64,000 bases of DNA from an archaeon. Its GTDB lineage: Archaea; SpSt-1190; DYHY01. The notes beneath the pieces are model-generated. The model saw nothing but the letters and a program-made list of their open reading frames with translations, was not told the DNA's origin and made no database searches. Shown piece after piece: positions 57,071 to 64,000 of this stretch (the stretch's first letter is position 1; each line of letters starts with the position of its first letter). The stretch lies in contig JAZDJS010000049.1 of NCBI GenBank assembly GCA_043803745.1, positions 1-64,000 of the forward strand, read 5' to 3'. Both the position numbers and the translations under genes were made by a program.

Positions 57071-57595
57071 TCAGTTGGGGGAATACTGGTAGGTTGTCAT
57101 GTCGAGGCTGCCATAGGGCGGCTGGACCTTCACTGAAAGGCGCGGATAGCTTCCCCCGACCGGCGAGCCGTACGTGCTGTTGCAGGTCAGCATCATCACA
57201 GTGTCAATGCCGAAGTTTCCGCCAAGCGCGTCAAGTTCGGAGCCGAGATATGTGCAATCGGCGGTGGCAAGCGTTGTCGGACCGACCGAAGACGGCTTGC
57301 TGTCGAAGTAAACGATTGTCTTGTCAAAGTCCGTTGCCGGAAGCTCGTAGGAGCCCGTGTTCCTGACAACGATGAAAATGTCGGAGGACTCGTTCCAGAT
57401 TGAGTCGATTGTATATCGCGTGTTCTGCCTCTTCAGGTCGTCGGTGAGGCGGTTCGTCCCTTCGCTCCTGAGCATGTCGCCGAGCTTCACAATCCACAAA
57501 TATGCCGCTCCCGCGGCTGCGATTGTCATTAGCAAAAGCAGGATTACCGCAACTACCGGCGTTATCCCTTTTCTTCCCTTTCTGTTGGTTCTCAT
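57071..57595 (-). CDS. Archaeal type IV pilin
   Basis: RKG-ITPVVAVILLLLMTIAAAGAAYLW class III signal. Confidence 0.88.
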   Translation of the reverse strand: MRTNRKGRKGITPVVAVILLLLMTIAAAGAAYLWIVKLGDMLRSEGTNRLTDDLKRQNTRYTIDSIWNESSDIFIVVRNTGSYELPATDFDKTIVYFDSKPSSVGPTTLATADCTYLGSELDALGGNFGIDTVMMLTCNSTYGSPVGGSYPRLSVKVQPPYGSLDMTTYQYSPN

Positions 57596-57596
57596 T

Positions 57597-58010
57597 TTAC
57601 TTTTCCCCTCCGGAAACCCGCGACATTTCCTTTGCAATCACGCTGAGCGAGTTTATCAGCGAGTTGTTCTGGTCGATTATCTTCTCAAGCCGCTCGTCCG
57701 GCTGTCCGGCTGCCTGGATTGCGTTGGCTTCCTCCTCCGCTCCGGAGACGAGTTCCTCAACAAGGCGGTTTATCGATTCCGCGAGCTTGTCAAGCTTCGA
57801 GTTGGTTTCGCTTATCTTGTTTATCAGCTCACCCTGTTTCGTTGAAAGCTGGTCGACAATTGCCTGGTTCATCCTGAGAATCTCGACAATCTGGTTAACG
57901 AGGACCGACTGGTCCGGGGAGGCTTTCATCTGGTTTCTAAGGGACTGGATCTCCCGCTCAATCTTCCTAACCGGTGTTATCGGAACTAGTTCAAAGTCGT
58001 CTTCTGACAT
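57597..58010 (-). CDS. Coiled-coil hypothetical protein
   Basis: ELVPITPVRKIEREI; heptad-rich. Confidence 0.7.
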   Translation of the reverse strand: MSEDDFELVPITPVRKIEREIQSLRNQMKASPDQSVLVNQIVEILRMNQAIVDQLSTKQGELINKISETNSKLDKLAESINRLVEELVSGAEEEANAIQAAGQPDERLEKIIDQNNSLINSLSVIAKEMSRVSGGEK

Positions 58011-58118
58011 TGCAATCAGTTACAAACTGCTCGCCGGATATAAAAGCATTTTGGCCTTTTTTCAGTAATTCCGGAAAAGGGCGTTTCCAGTCCGATTTAG
58101 CGGCGTTGAGGGGTTATC

Positions 58119-59192
58119 TCAGGCAGGTGAATATTCCGAATCAACATATTGAAGAGCTTTGCAGAAAAGGTTGACAACGTGCCTTGAGGGCGCTGTTGCG
58201 GATGCGGTTACTGTAATGTCCCGACCTTTTCTCCGGATTTCCGCGACGTTGCCGAACGCTATTTCCGTCCAGCCATGGCGAACGACTTCCTCACCAAGAA
58301 CGGTTTCCGGAAGAGCTTCCCACAAATCTTCCATCAAGCCGGGAGAGTTCCCCCAGAATGAAGTATAGAGTCTCGGAAGCCCGGTTTCATCCTTGACGGC
58401 GCCATAGCCGGCGGGCTTTGATGTTGCAAATATTATCGGTGAGTTTGGTACAAGGCCGTTGCCACAGGAAACGTATCTGTCGCAAGCGTGCCCGGAAATT
58501 CTCAAATGCGCGCCTGGATTCGCCCTTGCCGCATCAAGCCCATTCGCAAGAGCTTTTCTTCCCGGATACGCCGAAAGCTCCGCCGCCCCCTGTTTCAGAT
58601 CACTTATGACCATTTGGAAACCGTCCTGATTCTGGTATGCTTCCTCAAGCTCAGCCAAGGTCTTCAAGAAAAGCCACGCAACCTCGCCTGAAGGCGCGTT
58701 CTGTTGTGCGGTAACTGAAAGGTTCCAGCCTCTGCTTCTTGCGGTGACAATTTTGCCAACCGTCAGGGTTCTTCCGGAATAATAGGTTGTCTCGCCACCC
58801 ACTTCATCCGGAAATGCCTCGAAACAATCTTCTGGAAGAAATCCCGCATCCTCAAACGCGACATGCATCCGCGGCGTTTTTCCCGTTTTTCCAGCCCCAA
58901 ACCCTCCGGTTTCAGAAGTTATCGTTATTTTCGGCTCGCGCGGGAGAAGGAAGGTTTCACCAAGACCGGCGTAAAATCCTGAAATTGGCTTGCCATCGAT
59001 AACAACCCTTGAGCCAGGGTCTATTGCAACCGAATCCAATGACTTTTCTAATAGGCAAATTCCTTTTTCTGAAGGGGTTTTCCAATCTGTCCGCCTGCGG
59101 GCTCCGGGAGCGCTGCTTGGAGGTGGGCAGTTATGCCAGTAAACAGGGCGGTTTCTTTCATCTCCCCAATATATTGGCGCGCCAAGAGGCAT
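58119..59192 (-). CDS. Hypothetical protein with internal domain duplication
   Basis: Two units sharing P.I..TS...G[FY]GA.K....PR, ED.[FW]EA.P..V.GE, R.[KR]G...[ST]VTA...APS..V..LF.K.L. Confidence 0.65.
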   Translation of the reverse strand: MPLGAPIYWGDERNRPVYWHNCPPPSSAPGARRRTDWKTPSEKGICLLEKSLDSVAIDPGSRVVIDGKPISGFYAGLGETFLLPREPKITITSETGGFGAGKTGKTPRMHVAFEDAGFLPEDCFEAFPDEVGGETTYYSGRTLTVGKIVTARSRGWNLSVTAQQNAPSGEVAWLFLKTLAELEEAYQNQDGFQMVISDLKQGAAELSAYPGRKALANGLDAARANPGAHLRISGHACDRYVSCGNGLVPNSPIIFATSKPAGYGAVKDETGLPRLYTSFWGNSPGLMEDLWEALPETVLGEEVVRHGWTEIAFGNVAEIRRKGRDITVTASATAPSRHVVNLFCKALQYVDSEYSPA

Positions 59193-59213
59193 TTCGTTTT
59201 TCTTTCCTCCTTT

Positions 59214-59780
59214 TTAAGACGGTGCTAACTCCTTGTAAGATTCGGAAAGGGCATGGAGCCCCCTGCAAAGGTCCCGAAGGATTATCTTGTCAGCATAGCC
59301 GGGCTGGCAGAACGACTTGGTTGTCACGACCCCTTTTTCGAAAAGGATGTCAACGCTCGGTTTCCCGTTAAACTCAACCGAAAAATGTTTTTTCCCCCCA
59401 TTTTTGGCAACAACCGAATATCCGCGCGCTTTGCAGAATTCCTGGCATAGCCCGTTTTCAAGCTCATCTGGCAGAGCAGTTCCGCCCAGTTCAATTGCAA
59501 CTGAAAGGCCGGTCCAGCTGTATTTCGGGTCATCAAGGCTATCTGCCGGAATCCCTTCCGCTGAGACGAGAGCGGGGTTTTCATAGGTTCCCTTCTTCGC
59601 ATAAGTTATTTCGAATTCCGTGGGGATTGCGCCTTCAAGGGACAAATCGGCCGCTTCGACGCGGCTCGGTTCCAGAGCCTGCATTCCCGGGGCTTTCAGC
59701 TTGGCAAGTTTCCCCATCACCTTCGAAACAGTTGGGTTTTCCTCAAGGCCTGCGTATCTCCGGTATCCTTCGCTAGGCAT
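59214..59780 (-). CDS. Hypothetical protein (paralog family)
   Basis: GAIPTEFEI...KKG; C-terminal D..I...LC.GL.AL...Y. Confidence 0.6.
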   Translation of the reverse strand: MPSEGYRRYAGLEENPTVSKVMGKLAKLKAPGMQALEPSRVEAADLSLEGAIPTEFEITYAKKGTYENPALVSAEGIPADSLDDPKYSWTGLSVAIELGGTALPDELENGLCQEFCKARGYSVVAKNGGKKHFSVEFNGKPSVDILFEKGVVTTKSFCQPGYADKIILRDLCRGLHALSESYKELAPS

Positions 59781-59783
59781 TCC

Positions 59784-60347
59784 CTAGGGCCCTCCTCTTG
59801 CTTCGGCCGCAACTGGAGTGTACGCAGCCCTCACCGCCCCGAGCGCAGCGCAGAAATTTCCATACAGCTGCCTGTCGGTCATTCCGAGAGAATAGCATGC
59901 GCTTACTGAAACGAGTCCATTTTGAATCCCTTCTTCATCGAACCTTATCAGCACTAACTGTTCCGCATCAGCTGAGCTTGTCGTAACGTTTTGATATGTC
60001 ATGCGGGATTTGGGCGACACATCAATCTGCCTAGAATCGCAAAGGACAATTCCCTTTTCGTCTCTACTCGCTTCCAGGGCAGTTTTAGTCCGGTTTACAA
60101 GGGCGGAATAATCAGAAGCCTTAGGAACGCCCATGAACAATTCTGTCCCGATTATAACGGCGGCTCCGTCTTTTTTGATGAATAGCTTTATTTCTGTCGG
60201 AAGAGCTCCTCCGTCGGAGCCAAGAAGCAATTTGGTGGAATAAACGTCCGAATCGACAGTTCCACCTCGCCTGGCTCTGGCAATCCTGCTGATTATTTCG
60301 TCGTCAAATGTAATGATGCTGGCTGGCATTTTCCAGCTCGGAGACAT
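59784..60347 (-). CDS. Hypothetical protein (paralog family)
   Basis: GALPTEIKL..KKDG; C-terminal DRQLY.NFC.ALGAV...Y. Confidence 0.6.
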   Translation of the reverse strand: MSPSWKMPASIITFDDEIISRIARARRGGTVDSDVYSTKLLLGSDGGALPTEIKLFIKKDGAAVIIGTELFMGVPKASDYSALVNRTKTALEASRDEKGIVLCDSRQIDVSPKSRMTYQNVTTSSADAEQLVLIRFDEEGIQNGLVSVSACYSLGMTDRQLYGNFCAALGAVRAAYTPVAAEARGGP

Positions 60348-60454
60348 CTGGAGCTTTTAAATCCTTCCTTTTTTAACCATTTCAAAGTAGTCTATTCTGG
60401 CAAGATACACGTTAGCGGCAAAAAGCAAATAAACCGGGAACCGGCCCCTCCGGG

Positions 60455-61447
60455 ATGCCAGTTGAAAATTCTCCGCAAACTAAGACCGCAATCTTCTTCC
60501 ATTCGGACCCGGACGGGATTGTCTCGGCAGTGAACGTTCTCCTCTCATTTTCCCCCGCCGGAAGGAAGGCAACTAAACTCTTCCCAATGAGGCAGCAGGA
60601 GCTCCTTCCGGGAAAGCTTCGGAAAGCCAAGGGTAAGTTCGACCAGGTTTTCATCCTGGACCTGCCCCCCAGCGAGAAGGAGGTCCGGGGGCTTTCTCCG
60701 AGGACTGTGATAATAGACCACCACCAGGGCAAGCCGATAACGGGAAAGGGAACCGTTCACCTCAACCCGAGGTTCTCCGGCAAGCCGTCCTATCCCGTCT
60801 GCTACCAGACATATGTCCTGATGGGCGGCAGGGATTGGCAGGCTTTCGTCGGCGTTGTCGATGACTGGGGCGTCGGGCTTTTGCCAAGCTTCGCTGCGAG
60901 GATGTGGAAGCCTTACGGATGGATTGGAAGCCAGGAGAACCTCTATCTTTATTCGGATGCCGGAAGAATCGCCTTTGCAATAGAATCCGCAGTCAAGTTT
61001 TACGGGGAGGAAAAGGGCGCGCTCCTTGCTGTCAAGTCCCTCCTTGCCTGCAAAACCCCGCAGGAATTCCTTTCCGGGAAAGGCGGCGCGAGAAAGCTGC
61101 TGAAAGCTGCTGAAAAAATCTCAAGGGAGGTTTCGGAAGCGCTCGGGAAAGGCGTTGTCTATGTTGGCAAGCGCCTCGAGATATACGAGCTCAATTCGAA
61201 ATACAACATCAAGCGCGAGGTAATCCAGAGGCTGAAGATAGAGAGACCGGGAAAATACGTCCTTGTCTACATCAGGCAAGGGAGCCAATACAATTTCTCC
61301 CTTCGGGGGCCGGGAAAGATCCCGGAACTCATTTCCCCGTACGGAGGCGGACATCCGGAAGCCGGCGGGGGACGAGTTCCGGCGAAGGAACTCTGGAAAT
61401 TCCTGGGCAGCCTCAAGAGGCAGATTGAGAAATCCGGGAAGAAATGA
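60455..61447 (+). CDS. DHH/DHHA1 phosphoesterase (RecJ/NrnA-like)
   Basis: HSDPDG, ILDL, IDHH, SLRG, GGGHPEAGG. Confidence 0.88.
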   Translation: MPVENSPQTKTAIFFHSDPDGIVSAVNVLLSFSPAGRKATKLFPMRQQELLPGKLRKAKGKFDQVFILDLPPSEKEVRGLSPRTVIIDHHQGKPITGKGTVHLNPRFSGKPSYPVCYQTYVLMGGRDWQAFVGVVDDWGVGLLPSFAARMWKPYGWIGSQENLYLYSDAGRIAFAIESAVKFYGEEKGALLAVKSLLACKTPQEFLSGKGGARKLLKAAEKISREVSEALGKGVVYVGKRLEIYELNSKYNIKREVIQRLKIERPGKYVLVYIRQGSQYNFSLRGPGKIPELISPYGGGHPEAGGGRVPAKELWKFLGSLKRQIEKSGKK

Positions 61448-62169
61448 CTTCTCTTTCTCGCCTGAAAAGGGAAATCCATTCATCCCTTGAAAAACGCTCC
61501 TGCAAAAAGCATGCCGAAGGGATGAGGCGCTATTTCAAGGAGGATATCCGACCCCTCGGGGTAAGGACGCCTATTGTCCGGAAGCTTGCAGCGGATTTTT
61601 CCGATGCGCGCAAACTTCCGAAGGAGGAAAGTTTCTCCCTTGCGGAACTGCTTCTTGAAAAATCCTTCGAAGAGGGGATTTTCGGACTTTATCTCCTCTC
61701 CCGGACGAAACGGCAGTGGGATTGCTCGGATTTCCCTTCCCTGAAAAGGATTGCGGGAAAACTCTCGAACTGGGCGCATTGCGACGAGTTCTCCTGCCAT
61801 ACAATCAATCCCTTCGTTGAGCGTTTTCCGGATTCCGGAAAGGGACTTGTGGGCTGGGCTGGCTCGGAAAACAGATGGCTCAGGCGGGCTTCGGCGGTTT
61901 CCCTCGTTCCCTCCGTCCGGAAGGGGAAGTTGACCTCCCTCGCTTTCCTAGTTTCGGGGAAGCTTCTTCCTGACGGGGAGGAGATTGTCCAAAAGGGCGT
62001 TGGCTGGCTCCTGAAGGAACTGGCGAAAGCGAAGAAAGGAGAGGTGGTCGGATTTCTCAAGAAACGTAGCGCTTCCCGGATGATCTACCGTATTGCCTTC
62101 GAGAATTTCCCGGAGGGGGAGCGGCGCGCGCTGCTCAACGGGATTTTCCCGAAGGGTTGCCGCCCGTGA
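61444..62169 (+). CDS. DNA alkylation repair protein (AlkD-like HEAT repeat)
   Basis: LGVRTP.VRK, NWAHCD, SENRWLRRAS, VQKGVGWLLKE. Confidence 0.88.
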   Translation: MTSLSRLKREIHSSLEKRSCKKHAEGMRRYFKEDIRPLGVRTPIVRKLAADFSDARKLPKEESFSLAELLLEKSFEEGIFGLYLLSRTKRQWDCSDFPSLKRIAGKLSNWAHCDEFSCHTINPFVERFPDSGKGLVGWAGSENRWLRRASAVSLVPSVRKGKLTSLAFLVSGKLLPDGEEIVQKGVGWLLKELAKAKKGEVVGFLKKRSASRMIYRIAFENFPEGERRALLNGIFPKGCRP

Positions 62170-63433
62170 AATTCTGATGAAGGTGGCTGTCATCGTTGAA
62201 GCGGATGATCCTCGGCATTTTCCCGAGGGAAACCGAAAGCTCGGAAATCCTGCAGTTCCCCGGGAAGAAGGGCCTTGCGTCGAGGGGGCTTATCCCGAGA
62301 ATGACCGCAAGCAGGATTTTCAAAAAGTTCCCGTGCGAAACAATTGCAACCGTCTTTCCCCTGAAGCTGGAAAGCCGCCTCTCAAGGAATTTCTTCGCGC
62401 GAAGCTCGACTTCCTTCTGGCTTTCCCCGCCATGGCTTTTGTCAGTGTAATCCGAACGCCCGGACGTTTCCCTCCAGGAAATCCAGTCCGCAAGGGGCCG
62501 ACCCTCAAACCTTCCGAAATCCCGCTCAGCCAAAAGGGGCTCGATCGAAACGCGGGCGCCCTTCAACTGCGCGATTGCCTCCGAGGTCTCCCTCGCACGG
62601 GAGAGCGGGCTTGAGAAGATGAAATCGAGTTTCTCCCCGTAAAGGACCCGGGCGGTCGCCCTCGCCTGATTCTTCCCCTCCGCTGAAAGGGGAATTTCGG
62701 TTTTCCCGCGCATTATCCTTGAGCTGTTTGAAAGGGTTTCCCCGTGCCTGACAAGTATCAGCCGGGTTTCGTCATACCTCCTTTTTTTGCGCGCGGCAAG
62801 ACCGCCAAGATGCTTCGTGATGTTGAGCTTCTCAACGTAAACCCTCCCGAGCTTCCTGTCGAGGATTATCTCGGTTATCGAGCAGTTGTCGAACTTGAGT
62901 GTCTTGACGTGGCTCAGGGGGATTCCAGTCAGTTCAGAAAAGAGGACTGAGAGGGTGCCCCCGTGCGAAACCACTGCGACCGTGCCGCGCGCTCCGAGGA
63001 GCAGCCTGCCGAAATCTCCTATCCTCGCGCGCATCTCCGAGAGGCTCTCCCTCCCGGCAACCTTCTCGTTGATGTCAGCCGGATGCTTCCGAAGGCGCTC
63101 CCAAAGCTCGCCCGGCAGCTGGGAATGCTTCTTCCCCTGGAAGCTCCCGTGATACTGCTCCCTCAGGGATTTCACAACCTCGACTTTCGTGAATCCGCGC
63201 TTCTCCTGGGCGCGGGCAACCTCGTCGGCGGTTTCCTTCGCGCGCCGGAGCGGACTTGAGTAAATTTTGTCAAACCGCTCCCTCGAAAGGAACGCTCCGA
63301 GGGCCTTGGCCTGCTTCTTTCCAAGCCCGGTCAGGGGGGAATTTATTGTCCCGCCGAAAACCCGCTCCCTATTGGTTGTCGTTTCCGCGTGCCTGATAAG
63401 GATTATCCGCGCCTGATTGTTCTTTTCAGCCAT
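62135..63433 (-). CDS. Histidine phosphatase with two tandem catalytic domains
   Basis: RHAET...SSPLRRA...GRES...SHGG and RHGET...SSPLSRA...GGES...SHGN. Confidence 0.9.
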   Translation of the reverse strand: MAEKNNQARIILIRHAETTTNRERVFGGTINSPLTGLGKKQAKALGAFLSRERFDKIYSSPLRRAKETADEVARAQEKRGFTKVEVVKSLREQYHGSFQGKKHSQLPGELWERLRKHPADINEKVAGRESLSEMRARIGDFGRLLLGARGTVAVVSHGGTLSVLFSELTGIPLSHVKTLKFDNCSITEIILDRKLGRVYVEKLNITKHLGGLAARKKRRYDETRLILVRHGETLSNSSRIMRGKTEIPLSAEGKNQARATARVLYGEKLDFIFSSPLSRARETSEAIAQLKGARVSIEPLLAERDFGRFEGRPLADWISWRETSGRSDYTDKSHGGESQKEVELRAKKFLERRLSSFRGKTVAIVSHGNFLKILLAVILGISPLDARPFFPGNCRISELSVSLGKMPRIIRFNDDSHLHQNFTGGNPSGKSR

Positions 63434-64000
63434 TCAGACTTTCCCCGCCAGGTGGCTGGTGTCATTTGCAAGGTTCAGCTGGGGCTGACCATGGTGCCTA
63501 TGGGCAGTTATTTCGGAGACTGAAGCGTTCGAAAGCCAGAATATCCTGCAGTTCTCAATCGGGAGGTTGAGCGCCTTTGCTAGAAGGACCTTGCCGAAAG
63601 CCCCGTGGGTAACGAGGACCACGGCCTCTTCTGAGCCGGCGCCTTTTGCCTTTGAATGAACCTTCCAGAGAAGCTTTCCCGCCCGTTTCTCGGCAGCCCT
63701 GTACGTCTCGCCTCCGTGGGCGGAATATTCCGGGTCGACGGGATGCATGTAAAGCTTTTTTACGTGCTTCTTGAGAAGACTTGAAAACGCCAGCCCCTCG
63801 AAATCCCCGAAATCTATTTCCGCAAGGAGCGGCTCTTGGGCAATCTTTTTCCCCGGGTGGAACCTGGCGATTTCCCGCGCAGTCTCAAGAGCCCTTCTTA
63901 TCGGCGAGGAATATATCGCAACGACTCGCTCCCTTGAAAGCCGCTTCCCGAGCGCGCGGGCCTGGGTGCGCCCCGTCCCTGAAAGCGGATAGTCCGCGCC
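63434..64000 (-). CDS. Histidine phosphatase (5' end beyond window)
   Basis: Frame open to window end: DYPLSGTG.TQA..L, YSSPIRRALETA, LAEIDFG.FEG, GGET, THG, NAS. Confidence 0.88.
   Translation of the reverse strand, partial: GADYPLSGTGRTQARALGKRLSRERVVAIYSSPIRRALETAREIARFHPGKKIAQEPLLAEIDFGDFEGLAFSSLLKKHVKKLYMHPVDPEYSAHGGETYRAAEKRAGKLLWKVHSKAKGAGSEEAVVLVTHGAFGKVLLAKALNLPIENCRIFWLSNASVSEITAHRHHGQPQLNLANDTSHLAGKV

Noticed and set aside
46305-57595. Archaellum operon
   Set aside because: No FlaH/FlaF/FlaG-like genes; two TadC-like proteins and diverse pilins fit a type IV pilus.

Overview
Gene-dense archaeal chromosomal segment; gene content and promoter style suggest a DPANN-like lineage (inference). 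Housekeeping genes: truA, Hel308, FKBP PPIase, minD, gap/pgk, pheS/pheT, sepF, tRNA-Val(CAC) and initiator tRNA-Met. It also carries a group 3b-type [NiFe]-hydrogenase operon with only hypC and a DUF6390-like gene nearby, a small accessory island at tRNA-iMet (arginase-like, toxin-antitoxin-like pair, Fic), an M23 peptidase/PlsC/orphan CD-NTase/SMI1 cluster, and a type IV pilus-like locus. The strongest candidate for an undescribed system is a minus-strand tryptophan-salvage operon (10590->6867). It starts with an unannotated, apparently leaderless Trp-containing peptide (MYQGRLSRWRW*) followed by a hairpin and U-tract. Downstream are a SerK/SbnI-like ParB-fold serine kinase (possibly entered by +1 frameshift at a UUU-UGG Trp codon), TrpB2, and a TrpRS fused to an N-terminal B3/B4 editing-like domain. 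A second theme is a set of 30-53 bp palindromic inserts that interrupt degenerate tRNA copies at fixed T-arm positions, with related hairpins in-frame inside genes. Family names come from motif recognition, not database searches.
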